Assembly (NCBI GenBank): GCA_964019335.1
Contig: OZ025754.1
Coordinates: 186,001-250,000, forward strand
Reading direction: 5' to 3'
Length of the DNA: 64,000 nucleotides
Origin: Diplonema japonicum
Lineage: Eukaryota > Protista > Euglenozoa: Diplonemea
The translations under genes and the position numbers were made by a program. The notes below the pieces were generated by a model. That model made no database searches. It saw only the letters and a list, made by a program, of their open reading frames with translations, and had not been told where the DNA came from. This document shows, in pieces, positions 22,464 to 33,700 of the stretch; position 1 is the first letter of the stretch; each line of letters begins with the position of its first letter.

Positions 22464-23283
22464 AGAACGAACAGCAGAACAGCAATTAAAAAAAAGAGCT
22501 TTTTTTTCTCTTTTTTTTGCTATATTTGTTTTATTCTTCCCTCATTTCCTTCTTTTTTTTTTTTTTTTTTTTTTTACCCCTTCTTCTTTTTTTAACTATT
22601 ATTTATTCCAGAAGCTCTCCCCCCCCCCCCCCCCCGAAATGGAAACCAGAAAGAAAGCATTACGAGCGTGCGGGGAAAGGAGAGGGGACGGGACACCAAA
22701 GAAAAAAAAAAGAAAAAAAGCCAATGACGTTGCACATCTCTAAAAATTCGCCAAAAAACAAAGCCCTCTTTTCTTTTTAAATTTTTTTTAAAAGTTTTTT
22801 TTAGTATGCAGGGTGCTCACTGTTCATTAAGGAATTCACACACAAAAAAATATTCTTTCCCGAAAAAAGTTTTTTTCGGGTTCAATTTTTTTTTCCCGCC
22901 GGTATTTCAAAGAGACATGAAGCGTAAAAAAACAAACAAACAAAAAAAAAAATCTAATGCCGTAAGCTTCTAGATCTTCGCACTGTTTTTATATATTTAT
23001 TTATTTATTATTATTTTTTTTTTTTTCATAAACAACTTGTCCCCCCTCACACCTCTAAAGGAAAACTGCTGCGGGTTCACACGGCTGGCAGACGAAGCAG
23101 TTTGCTCAGCATAACCTTCAAAAAAAAAAAAATTTTTTTTTTTTTAAAACTTCCAAGCTGCTTTCTTCTTGAAATTTTTGGCTTAAAAATTAAATCAAGT
23201 TTATTTCACGCTCCCAAAGTTTGCCTCAGGTTCAAAGATTGACTTGGGCAAATCACAATCTATCCAACAATGGTGTAAAAATT

Positions 23284-26217
23284 TCATTTCGAAAGCAGCT
23301 TGTTTAAAAAAAAAGACAATTTTCCCCCACTACCCGTACCTGAATTATTTCTATGCCTCAGCGCCAAAGGGGGAGTAAGGGCCGGGTTTGCTTGATACAC
23401 CGGCGTTGTCACAGCAGGAGAGGGACGAGGCGCAGAACGAGACCGAGAACTGTTACCAAAATGTGCCCCGGCCTGGCTGAGCGGGACAGGCCACTGCGCA
23501 CTACTATTGCTCCGGGGAACGTCCTTGTCAGCAGGAACAGCTACTAGAGAAGGCTGCAGTTCCACAGGCTCATGACTTCTCGCCTGCGTCCCGATACGGT
23601 ACAAAAGCCGATCCTGCCTAGAGAGATACTTATTGATATGCTTTTTCATATCAATTTTCGGTGCCTCTAGAACCCGGGGTGCACCAGCACCCCAGGGCTT
23701 TCTTTCAAAGTTGTATGTGACATTTGACATGGCGCTGTGGCTGCGCGCAGGTGACGTATCTGGCAACGAGCTCCTAGAGTTGGATCGATGAGCGGACAGT
23801 GAACGTTTAGACCGTGCAGACACATCTTGCTGCATTTGTTTGTGTTGTTTCAACAATTGTCTCGCAGATTTGTTCTCCGCGGTTCGCTGCGTCTCGTACG
23901 CCGGGACTTTTATAAGATCGACAAATGCGGGCGTTCTGCTGTACACGGCAGCCTGCACCACGTACTGAACCACATCGTCCTCGTTCTCCAGGTGCTGCGG
24001 GATCCCCGGGAGGTACCTTATACTGTGAGCCTCCCCATTGATGTCTTCTATCTGGCTCATGGGAATGCTTGTAATGAAGTAGAGGAGCTTCGCGATGCCC
24101 GCCACTCTTTCCGACGATCCCAGCTTCAGTTTATTCAACACATCGGGTTCCCCGCAATGAGGGACGAACCCAAGAGGGACACCGAGGTCTTCCCCGCACC
24201 CGTGGGCCAGGCCACGGAATGCCCAGGATCCGAGCAGTTTCTCGCAGACGGCGTTGCCTGATAAGCATGCGTTGAGGATAGCGGGTGTTTGCTTGTCAGG
24301 TGCTTTGTTCCTTCCAAAGTCCTGTGTTGCGGTCGATGTGACTGAGCGGGAACGCGAGCGTGAGCGTGGAGTGTAAGACCGTCTCGTGCTTGTGCTTGGT
24401 GTGAACAGTCCTCTTGAGAGGGAAGCGTCTTTTGTCTTCACAACATGTGGGGCTTCCGGCCACACAGCGGGGTTCGACCCCCATGTGCCGTCCTCCGGGA
24501 GTTTTGGTACCCACCCGTACTCATCCAGGATGTACTTCCCCCGCCATGACTCTGTGGTCTGCGTGACCCTCACAGGGAGGGGTGTCTTTGAGGTCGATGC
24601 CGTGTGCGATTTCTCCGGCCAGCTCGACGGTTTCTTCCGCCAGAAGTGGTCCTCCACAGGGTCCGCCTGGCCGTGCTTCGCCTTCAGCGACGCCGTGTCG
24701 TTCGTGTAGCTGGCCTTCTTGGCGCCCTCCGCGAATTTTGCCGACATGACCGTCTTGCGCAGTGGGATGGAAGGGTTGCTCTGCTCCACGGGGGCCTCGA
24801 TTTTCTTCGCCGTGGAGGCCGTTGTCGGCTTCAACAACGTGGAGTGCGTGGCAAGGGTTCTGGACGCACCCTTCCTGCGGCTACCGTGCTCGGGGATGAT
24901 GGCCCGACGCTGGGAACCGAAGCTGCGGCTTCTCTTTACAAGAGGCTTGTGTGTGGGAAGGACGGAGGACTGCTTGGTAGGGACGGGAGGTGCCTTCGCC
25001 TCAGGCTCAGGCTCAGGCTCGGGGGGGCCAAGGTTCACAGTGGCGAGCTCCTCATTCTCGACGGTGATGGAGGTGGACTCCGGTGTCAAGGTCCCGAGGT
25101 TGTAGTGTTGCGTTAAAGAGGAAGAAGACGAAGAGTGAGACGACTCCGACCCAGACCTCGAGGACCCTGTTCCTGTCCCCGTTCCTGTTCCAGTCCCAGA
25201 CGAGGACGTGCAGCTTGTCGAGGTTGTGGTTGCCGTCGTTGTCGTCGCTGTTGTGGTTGCGGTCCCTGTCCCCATGTACGGGATGGAGAGGTTCTTCCTG
25301 CTGATCTTGTCCACCTTGAGGGTATCGCACGCTTCGTCGAACACGCTGCAGAATCTTTCAAAGTCCTCGTCATCCTTGCTGCTCCTCGGCTGTTCATGGA
25401 ACTCTCCTTCAGACGTCAACCCAGAGTCCGCAGCCACACTGCCCTGCTTGGCGTTCATCTCGTTGATGTATAATGTGAACTTGTCAGGTGCGTTGTCTTC
25501 CCGGGTAAAGGCAGCTGTTTCTTCAGTTAAGTTTGTTCGCTTGTTGAGGACACGTGCCTCGCGCAGGGAGTCGATGTCTGTGTCCGCAAAGCCGTTCCCG
25601 CCTAGCTGCAGGTTTGCTACAGAAGTGTTTTCCCGGAGACCTTCCTTGAGGAAGTCCATCCCGTGCGTCTTGTCGTCTTGCGTGAGGATCCCACAGTGCT
25701 CCGCGGTCAGTTCTGATAGGTCGCAGCCCCATTTTAAGATCATCCCGACACCTTCTGCTGTGATCGGGTTGCAGGAAACGGTGAGGGTCTGGAGCTTGCA
25801 GGAGACGGAGTCGATTGAGCGTGATAGCTTTGCTGCTTCAAGCACTCCTGTGTTTGTAAAGGATAGGTCTAGTGTGTGGACAGAAGAGTCAGCAAGGATG
25901 GAGAAAATGGGTGGTAGCTCCCCGTGTGCGAACCATGATCTGCTTAGGTCCAGGGTGGTTACCTTTCTTTCGACTGTTCGTGCGAGGATCTCGCCCGCGC
26001 CCTTTCCGAAGTGGAAGCCGCTGAATTTCAGGCGTTTTACGTGCATTTCGAAAACGACTTCCTCCACCGCCACCAGCTCGTCCTCTCCCACAGGTTCCTG
26101 CAGCACACTTACGTCCGTCGCTACGATCGATAGCTCGTTGTCCCCGTCCGCTCTCCACGGGCCTCGTGCGGCGTACGCCGCCAGCCCATGGCGAATTATC
26201 TCCCCGGGGGTGCTCAT
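23284..26217 (-). CDS. Protein with N-terminal RNI-like leucine-rich repeats and a long disordered S/T/P-rich region
   Basis: 977-aa ORF with TLDLSRS, TLDLSFT, TLTVSCN and NLQLGGN repeats. Confidence 0.75.
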   Translation of the reverse strand: MSTPGEIIRHGLAAYAARGPWRADGDNELSIVATDVSVLQEPVGEDELVAVEEVVFEMHVKRLKFSGFHFGKGAGEILARTVERKVTTLDLSRSWFAHGELPPIFSILADSSVHTLDLSFTNTGVLEAAKLSRSIDSVSCKLQTLTVSCNPITAEGVGMILKWGCDLSELTAEHCGILTQDDKTHGMDFLKEGLRENTSVANLQLGGNGFADTDIDSLREARVLNKRTNLTEETAAFTREDNAPDKFTLYINEMNAKQGSVAADSGLTSEGEFHEQPRSSKDDEDFERFCSVFDEACDTLKVDKISRKNLSIPYMGTGTATTTATTTTATTTSTSCTSSSGTGTGTGTGTGSSRSGSESSHSSSSSSLTQHYNLGTLTPESTSITVENEELATVNLGPPEPEPEPEAKAPPVPTKQSSVLPTHKPLVKRSRSFGSQRRAIIPEHGSRRKGASRTLATHSTLLKPTTASTAKKIEAPVEQSNPSIPLRKTVMSAKFAEGAKKASYTNDTASLKAKHGQADPVEDHFWRKKPSSWPEKSHTASTSKTPLPVRVTQTTESWRGKYILDEYGWVPKLPEDGTWGSNPAVWPEAPHVVKTKDASLSRGLFTPSTSTRRSYTPRSRSRSRSVTSTATQDFGRNKAPDKQTPAILNACLSGNAVCEKLLGSWAFRGLAHGCGEDLGVPLGFVPHCGEPDVLNKLKLGSSERVAGIAKLLYFITSIPMSQIEDINGEAHSIRYLPGIPQHLENEDDVVQYVVQAAVYSRTPAFVDLIKVPAYETQRTAENKSARQLLKQHKQMQQDVSARSKRSLSAHRSNSRSSLPDTSPARSHSAMSNVTYNFERKPWGAGAPRVLEAPKIDMKKHINKYLSRQDRLLYRIGTQARSHEPVELQPSLVAVPADKDVPRSNSSAQWPVPLSQAGAHFGNSSRSRSAPRPSPAVTTPVYQANPALTPPLALRHRNNSGTGSGGKLSFFLNKLLSK

Positions 26218-26401
26218 ATGTGCATCTTTTATATTGCAGCGCTTTTTTTTTTCTTTTTTTTTTTTTTTTTTCCTTTCTTTTTTTTTTCTTCCCTCCCCCT
26301 TTGTTGTTTTATTTCAAAAGGTTTTCCCGTTCCCCAAAGCAAAGAAATATCGAGGGGGGGGAAAAGGAAACAAATATTAAAAAAAAAAATCTTTTACTTT
26401 T

Positions 26402-26764
26402 TCACCAGCTTTTCAAGTTCCAGGGGAGAGGGAAACTACTGCCTGCCTCGAGCCCGAAGCGAGGTGCACCCATAAAGGAAATAATCACCGATCTTGACAA
26501 CCGTAAGTGCCGTGACATCAATCGTCTCAAGCAAGATGCACCCATACAAGAACCCATGGTCGATAAAAGTGACGTTGGCGAACGGACGTAGGTCAATGGC
26601 CCGAAGAGAGCAGCGAGGAAGCTATGCCCAATCCTAGTTACGTTAGAAAACGAAGAGAGGTCGACAGCCCGAAGCGAGCTACATCCTTCCAAGAATGAAT
26701 CACCAATACATGTCACCTTCACCAGAGACCGAAGCTCTGTGTGAATGTCATGTAAAGGCCCCAT
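26402..26764 (-). pseudogene. Frameshifted remnant of a BspA-like (LRR_5-type) repeat gene
   Basis: VTCIGDSFLEGCSSLRAVDLSSFSNVTRIGHSFL, further units in other frames (IGDYFLYGCTSL), and a frameshifted C-terminal cap (FPLP/LELEKL) homologous to the kinase-LRR ending FPLPKELEK. Confidence 0.75.
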
Positions 26765-27576
26765 AAACCGGTAAAAAAAAGAGTGCCATCCTCAAGATTT
26801 CGTGGTGTGTCTAGCAGATACAGTAGCAGTCCGACTCTCGTTTCTCTTTCACCTTTCTTCTATGTATCCATGGTTCTATGCTCACTCATTTTCCTCCCCC
26901 TCCTCCCTCCTATTTTTTTTATTCTCCCCGGGTGGGAAACGTGTATACGAAAGAGAAAGAAAAGAAAGAAAAAAAAACGGAGAGAAAAAAAAAAGAAGAA
27001 AAGAAGAGAGAGGGAAGAAAAAAAAGAAAAACAAAGAAGAAGAAAAAAAAGAATGGAAAAAGAAAAGAAAAGAAAAATAGGATTTCAAGTAGGAATTCAG
27101 GAAGATGGCAACTGGAGCGAAAGCAGGGTGGTGGCGAGGCGGGGTTGGTTCGCTTTCTTATCCTTTTTTTTTTTTTTTTTTTTTTGTCTTCTTAAAAAGT
27201 TTTTTTATCTTGTTTGTTTTCAAAGCACATCGAGAAAAGGAATGGTGGGGTGCCAAACGAAACACAAAAAAAAGGGAAACAGTCCATGAATCCCATGCCG
27301 TACCCCCGCATTGCAGTGCTGGAGGGGGAAAAAAAAGCATTTTTTTTTTCTTTTGGAAAGAAACGATGGGGAGAGGGGGGGGAGGAGAGGAGGCCTAAAA
27401 AAAAAAAGAAAAAGAAAAAGTCACAATAACTGCCGCACAGCAGGCAAGAAAATGCAAAGTATAAAAAAAAAAAAAAAAAAAATCGTTTCTTTTTTTCTCC
27501 CCCCCCCTCCTCCCGCTCGATAAAAAAAAAAATGAAAATTCAAATTTTAATTCTTATTTTTTTTTTTTTTGTTTTC

Positions 27577-29136
27577 TTACATCTTTGCAGACTTGGGGAA
27601 GCCCCTCATAGCCTGTCTAACACCAAGATCGGCCATGATCTCCTCGGAACCACCGAGGATCGCGCCGAGCTTAATGGTACGGAGGTAGGCCTCAACAGCA
27701 CGGCCCATACCCGAGCGGGTGATACCTCTTCCTCCGAGGAGTTGGGTGGCATCGTCCGCAACCTCCCAAGCAAGACGTGTGATGTGGTACTTGAGCAGAG
27801 CAAGGGGGCCTGCAAGCTTGATAGACATCTCTGTGAAGGGCATCTGGTTCATCTGGTAGGTGATGTTTTCCAGCCAGTTCTGTGCAGCTTCGGTCTTCGC
27901 GATCATCCCCGCCAGTTTGAACCTAACGACAGGCTGGGAGATGAGCGGCTTCCCGAACGCCTTCCTCTGCTGCGTCCACTTGAAGCACTCGTCGACCATG
28001 GCGCGCATCCCGGTCTGCACGAACACATTGACTCCCCACCTTTCGTGGTTGAAGTTGTACATAACAATCCTGAAACCCTGGTTCTGCCTCCCGAGCAGGT
28101 TCTCCACAGGGACCTTAACGTCTTCAAAGGTGACGTAGGAAGTCCCAGCACACGATGAGTAGGAAACAGGGATCTGTGTTGTCTTCAGCCCCTCGCATCT
28201 CGGGATGAGAAGCATGGAGATCCCGAACATCCCCTTGCCCCCTGTCCTGACCGCCGTCACAAAGTAGTCGGCGAAGGCACCGTTCGTGATCCACTTCTTC
28301 GCACCGTTGACGATGTAGAACTTCCCGCATGGGGATTTCTTTGCAGTGGTTTGAAGGTTCGCCACGTCGGACCCTGCGAAGGGTTCGGAGATGGCAAGGC
28401 AGATACGCTTCTCACCGGTCAGAACCTCCTTCACGACTCTCTTTTGCAGCTCGCCCTTCCCGAAGTGCATAACAGGGGGCAACCCGATCACAAGCCCGTC
28501 CCCAAGACCGCCGGAGAACGCCGGGCATCCCACCTTCATGATCTCCTGGTGGACCATCCACTCGTGGAAGTAGTCGTACTTCTCGGCAGGGATGTGGCCC
28601 ACCACTGGGATCCCCATTGCTTTCAGATCCTTCATCCAGGGACCGGGGCCGAGACGGGCTGCTAAGATCCCTGCTTGTCCCATCTTCCTGTACAGTTCTT
28701 GGGTGGGGTACTTTCCTTGCTTCTCCCACATTTCCGCGATGGGCATCAGTTCCTTTTCCCTGAATTCCCCAACGTACCGTCTCACAGCGAGGTGGGTCTC
28801 GTCCCAGTATGGGCTTCTGAAGCCCTGGAAGTAGCTGATGTCACCGTAGGGAACCTTGCTCGGGCCTGCTGGGTCCCATACTTCCAGGCTGCTCTTCTTG
28901 GCGCCCTTCACCTTTCCGATCGCGAGGTGGTGGTACTTCTTCAGGATCTCCAGACGGTGGAGGCCGAAGAAGGCTTCTGTCGCGTCTTTCCCGGCGTATG
29001 GGCGCAGCACGCTCTGCCCTCCCGGATGGAACTTCCCGAATTTGCTGAGGTCGAAGACTTCGCCGTCAATCACCATCCACAGGTCCCCCGCTGTGTTGTG
29101 CTTCGCTACCTCCTCCAAGGTGTATTCTGTAGTCAT
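27577..29136 (-). CDS. Acyl-CoA dehydrogenase with N-terminal cytochrome b5 domain, probably peroxisomal
   Basis: Cytochrome b5 motif (YTLEEVAKHN...FHPGG), ACAD motifs LAISEPFAGSD, NGAKKWITNG, AFGKPL, ILGGSEEIM, and C-terminal AKM (PTS1-like). Confidence 0.92.
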   Translation of the reverse strand: MTTEYTLEEVAKHNTAGDLWMVIDGEVFDLSKFGKFHPGGQSVLRPYAGKDATEAFFGLHRLEILKKYHHLAIGKVKGAKKSSLEVWDPAGPSKVPYGDISYFQGFRSPYWDETHLAVRRYVGEFREKELMPIAEMWEKQGKYPTQELYRKMGQAGILAARLGPGPWMKDLKAMGIPVVGHIPAEKYDYFHEWMVHQEIMKVGCPAFSGGLGDGLVIGLPPVMHFGKGELQKRVVKEVLTGEKRICLAISEPFAGSDVANLQTTAKKSPCGKFYIVNGAKKWITNGAFADYFVTAVRTGGKGMFGISMLLIPRCEGLKTTQIPVSYSSCAGTSYVTFEDVKVPVENLLGRQNQGFRIVMYNFNHERWGVNVFVQTGMRAMVDECFKWTQQRKAFGKPLISQPVVRFKLAGMIAKTEAAQNWLENITYQMNQMPFTEMSIKLAGPLALLKYHITRLAWEVADDATQLLGGRGITRSGMGRAVEAYLRTIKLGAILGGSEEIMADLGVRQAMRGFPKSAKM

Positions 29137-29416
29137 TTTTTTTAAATTTCTTTCCTTTTGTGTGTCTTTTTTTTTTTTTTTTTTTTTTTTGAGAATATCT
29201 GTGGGTGTGGTGAGATGTACAATGCGCTGGAGAGAGAAGAAGAAAAAAAGAAGAAGAAAAAAAGGAAAAATACTATTATTAACCACTAAGGGGCCATGAG
29301 GCATACAACCCCGACAATTCTGGGGACGCTGGAAATAAAAAAAGAAATCTTCAAAGGTTCCAGCGTCTGACGGGAACCAATGTTGGAAGAAAATCGACAT
29401 CTGTGAAGAATAAATA

Positions 29417-29508
29417 GCCCTGCGAGCCCTCAACGGTAAAATGCGGAACTCGAGGTAACGGTAAAGTCATTACTTGTTGGCAGTAAATAGTAAATAGCTA
29501 TTATTTTT
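29417..29508 (-). mobile_element. Half copy (one hairpin arm) of the 41579-42786 element
   Basis: Reverse complement of ~41579-41683, truncated at the hairpin apex. Confidence 0.75.
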
Positions 29509-29650
29509 AAATTCCACTTCTTTTTCAACTTGCTAAGGCCGCACCCACTAGGTGGGTTGGAAGTGTCTCGAGACGCTGACCCGGTTGCCTGTGTACTCAT
29601 GACCGTCCTGGTGTTCTCTTCCCACAAGATTTGCTGGTTGTTTGGCACTT
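29509..29650 (-). repeat. Short dispersed SINE-like or LINE 3'-end repeat, copy 1
   Basis: Closely similar to 42061-42203 and 46581-46680 (AAATTCCACTTC...ACCCACTAGGTGGGTTGGAAGTGTCTCGAGACG). Confidence 0.75.
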
Positions 29651-29904
29651 TTCACCTTTTTTTTCTTTTTTGTTTTTCTAACTCATAGACGAGTCTAACC
29701 CAGAGTGGAACCTAAACGTCGGGGGGAAGAATTATAATGCAAGAGGGGGAGAAAAAAACTAAAGGGTTGAAAAAAGGCAACAAAGAAAATATTTTTGGGG
29801 CTTCTTTTTTTCTATGCCTAGGGGGGATCAGCGTGAATTACAGAGCCCCCGAGTGTGAAGTAGTTTCAGAATAAAAGGAATAACTGACTATAGGGGAAAA
29901 GTGG

Positions 29905-29995
29905 TGAAGCGACTCGCATTCTCGCACAAAAGAAATTTGAGCCGAAATTCTCGCAATTCGACTCGCATTCTCGCACACTCTCGCACATGCTAGTG
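29905..29995 (-). mobile_element. Possible DNA-transposon terminus (CACTAG followed by clustered TGCGAGA repeats)
   Basis: The minus strand begins CACTAGCATGTGCGAGAGTGTGCGAGAATGCGAG..., with several TGCGAG(A) motifs. No partner TIR was found. Confidence 0.35.
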
Positions 29996-30034
29996 TGCAC
30001 TTCAGGTGTGCATGTGTCAAAAATAACCCCCCCT

Positions 30035-30178
30035 CAACCTTCATACTCCTCCGAACTAACGCGATCAGTGCGTTCACGTCCGCCCCCGTGTGTGATTCAC
30101 CCTCCTTGATGTCCAGGTGGAGGAGGAGGGGCTCCCCTGAGTATCCGACCAGCCAGAAATGTTTGGCACAGGTGGCGG
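30035..30178 (-). pseudogene. Short hAT-transposase-like fragment
   Basis: Minus-strand peptide KHFWLVGYSGEPLLLHLDIKEGESHTGADVNALI resembles the hAT 'SHTGxxI' motif region. Confidence 0.4.
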
Positions 30179-30308
30179 CTGAAATGGTTTTAAGTTAGAA
30201 TATAGAAGCGAAGAAATAGATAAAAAGGGGTGGAAAAGAATAAATACTGCATACGAAAACAGAGAGTCGAATAAAAAAGTGAAAAGGTGACTGACATCCT
30301 CACAAGAG
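30179..30308. repeat. Partial copy of the 415-bp insertion at 38344-38758
   Basis: Begins CTGAAATGG and closely matches 38344-38471. Confidence 0.75.
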
Positions 30309-30780
30309 CGGGAGACACTTTAAATATGGGTCCGGGTGCGAAGGAGGAGCAGGAGGAAGGAACCAGTTTTTTCTTCAACTCTTTTTTTGGGGAGCAGGTC
30401 AAGCAGGGAGGCAAGTATAAGTTAAGCTCATACACTTCTTTCGTTTAACAGCCTTTCTGTTGTTCCTCCGTCAAGAGGGGAAATATCTCAAGAAAAGAGG
30501 GGCGGGGAAATGCTTGAACGAAATGAAAAATAACAACTAGAAAAAGCAGGATAGATTTATGACAAGAAAACACTTTTGGGACCCTCTTTCTTTTCTCTTC
30601 ACACTATATACATTCTTGTCTTCCTTCATCGACTTTGCTACATCGGCAGGGTAGTCAGCAGGGTAGTCGGTTGCTTGATGTGTTCTCTCTGTTGCGGGGC
30701 CGCCTCAGCATCCACACACTGATCAGTACTTCTTCTCTTGCCTCCTGAGCCCTCCTACTTATTACAGTACACTCACTACT

Positions 30781-33700
30781 TTATTGCCTAAACTTTTCAA
30801 GCTCCTTGGGGAGAGGAAAGCTCTTGTTGGCTTTGATTGCCTGAAGGGAGGTGCACCCTTTCAAGAACCAATTGCCGATACTCGTGATGTTGGAAAGCGG
30901 TGGGAAATCGACAGCCTGAAGGGAGGCGCACCCTTCCAAGAAGCTATAGCCGATGCTGGTGATCTTGGAAAACGGTGCGAGATCGACAGCCTGAAGGGAG
31001 GTGCATCCTTCCAAGAAGCTATTATCGATGCTGGTGATGTTGGACAGCGGTGCGAGATTGACAGCATGAAGAGAGGTGCACCCTTTCAAGAACCTACCGC
31101 CGATGCTGGTGATGTTGGAAAGCGGTGCGAGATCGACAGCCTGAAGGGAGGTGCACCCTTTCAAGAACCAATTGCCGATGCTCGTGATGTTGGAGAGCGA
31201 TGTGAGATCGACAGCCTTAAGGGAGGTGCACTCTTCCAAGAAGCTATCGCCGATGCTCGTGATGTTGGAAAGCTGTGGGAGATTGACAGTCTCAAGGGAA
31301 ATGCACCCTTCCAAGAAGCCATCGCCGATGCTGGTGATGTTGGAAAGCGGTGCGAGATTGACAGCCTGAAGGGAGGTGCACCCTTTCAAGAACCTACCGC
31401 CTATGCTGGTGATGTTGGAAAGCGGTGCGAGATCGACAGCCCGAACGGAGGCGCACCCTTTCAAGAACCAATTGCCGATGCTGGTTATGTTGGAAAGCGG
31501 TGCGAGATCGACTGCCTGAAGGGAGGTGCACTCTTCCAAGAAGCTATCACCGATGCAGGTGATGTTGGAAAGCGGTGGGAGATCGACAGCCTGAAGGGAG
31601 GTGCACCCTTCCAAGAAGCTATCGCCGATGCTGGTGATGTTGGAAAGCGGTACTAAATCGCCAGCCTTAAGGGAGGTGCACCTAGACAAGAACCTACTGC
31701 CGATGCTGGTGATCTTGGAAAGCGGTGCGAGATCGACAGCCTGAACGGAGGCGCACCCTTTCAAGAACCAATTGCCGATGCTGGTTATGTTGGAAAGCGG
31801 TGCGAGATCGACTGCCTGAAGGGAGGTGCACTCTTCTAAGAAGCTATCACCGATGCTGGTGATGTTGGAAAGCGGTGGGAGATTGACAGCCTGAAGGGAG
31901 GTGCACCCTTCCAAGAAGCTATCGCCGATGCTGGTGATGTTGGAAAGCGGTGCTAAATCGCCAGCCTTAAGGGAGGTGCACCTAGACAAGAACCTACTGC
32001 CGATGCTGGTGATCTTGGAAAGCGGTGCGAGATCGACAGCCCGAACGGAGGCGCACCCTTTCAAGAACCAATTGCCGATGCTGGTTATGTTGGAAAGCGG
32101 TGCGAGATCGACTGCCTGAAGGGAGGTGCACTCTTCCAAGAAGCTATCGCCGATGCTGGTTATGTTGGAAAGCGGTGCTAAATCGACAGCCTGAAGGGAG
32201 GTGCACCCTTCCAAGAAGCTATCGCCGATGCTGGTGATGTTGGAAAGCGGTGCTAAATCGCCAGCCTTAAGGGAGGTGCACCTAGACAAGAACCTACTGC
32301 CGATGCTGGTGATGTTGGAAAGCGGTGCGACATCGACAGCCTGAAGGGACGCGCACCCTTTCAAGAACCAATTGCCGATGCTGGTGACGTTGGAAAGCGG
32401 TGCGACATCGACAGCCTGAAGAGATGTGCACTCTTCCAAGAAGCTATCGCCGATGCTGGTTATGTTGGAAAACGGTGCGAGATCGACAGCCTGAAGGGAG
32501 GTGCATCCTTCCAAGAAGCTAAAGCCGATGCTGGTGACGTTGGAAAGCGGTGCGAAATCAACAGCCTGAAGGGAAGTGCACCAAGACAAGAGGTTTTTGC
32601 CGATGGTGATAGACCCTGGCCCTGTCACGGTGGGCAGTGAGTCGAGAGAGAAGCTGAGTGACCTCAGCCGACAAGAGGTCCTGTCTTTGTATTTGCTTGC
32701 CAGGAAGTTATCAGCGATGTTGCCCCGCACGCCCTTCAGCACCACGTGTTCAAAGCCCAACACAATGGGGACGTACCTCTCATCCACATGAACCAGGGAA
32801 GCCCCTGTGAAGTCAATCACCAAGAACGGTGGACGTTCCACCAGCTTATCAAGCAACTGAAGCTCGTCGTGCTTCACCACCACCTGCATCTTTCCCAAGA
32901 ACCCCTCCATGCCTTCTTCCCACTCCACAACGAGGCCCTTCCTCTTCACTTCTTCCTCTGAGGTGAGCTGGCTTCCATCCTTCAAGGCTGCAACGGGATG
33001 ATGCTGATGTTGGTTCGGATCGTGGTGGTGGTGGTGGTGGTCGATGTTGTTGTTGTTCTTGTTGTTGGTGTGCTCAGGGAAGACCTTCACCCGTCCCTTG
33101 TCTTGGAAGACAGTCTCGCTGTCGGCATCCACGAACAGATCGAAGTCGCTGCTGAAGACCTCCACCCTGCGAACCCGTCCCAGCCCGTCCTTTGCGAAGG
33201 CTTTCTCTGCCGCCACCCGAACCTCCTCCACACCCGACCCCACAGCCACAAGGAGGGGCCTCCTCCTCTCCTCACCACCGAAGTCCGCGAAGGCCAGAAG
33301 CATCATCATCATCGTCGTCGTCATCGCAGGTGGAGTCGTCAGCACAGACAGAACCTCAGAAGCGGTCGGGCGTTTCGAAGGGTCCTCGCAGAGGAGGCGC
33401 AGCAGCAGGGTCCCCACCGACTCCCCCACGAGCTTCGGGAGGCGTCTTTCCAGCTCACCCATCACAAGGACCCGGTTCATCTTCAGGTACTTCAGGAACC
33501 ACCCCCTCAGCTTCTCATCCTCCAGAACGGCGAAGCACACGGTCACCCCGAGGGCCCACATGTCCACCTTGTTGGTGTACGGACCTACAAAGTCGGGTCC
33601 CATGAAGGCGGGGGTTCCCACAACGCTGTCGGCGGTCGCTCCAGAAAAACTATGGATCATGCTGCTGCTGCTGCTACCACTTGCACCAACAACAGCCCTC

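Noticed and set aside
25208-26380. Long + strand ORFs (also 32998-34167, 43860-45140, 49846-50853, 53046-53960, 57572-58408)
   Set aside because: They are antisense to well-supported minus-strand genes, have no motifs, and are expected from codon bias.
30784-32600. 75-bp repeat array as a CRISPR array, and the + strand 290-aa ORF
   Set aside because: Units are in-frame coding LRRs with no unique spacers or cas genes; the + ORF is the antisense shadow of the repeat.
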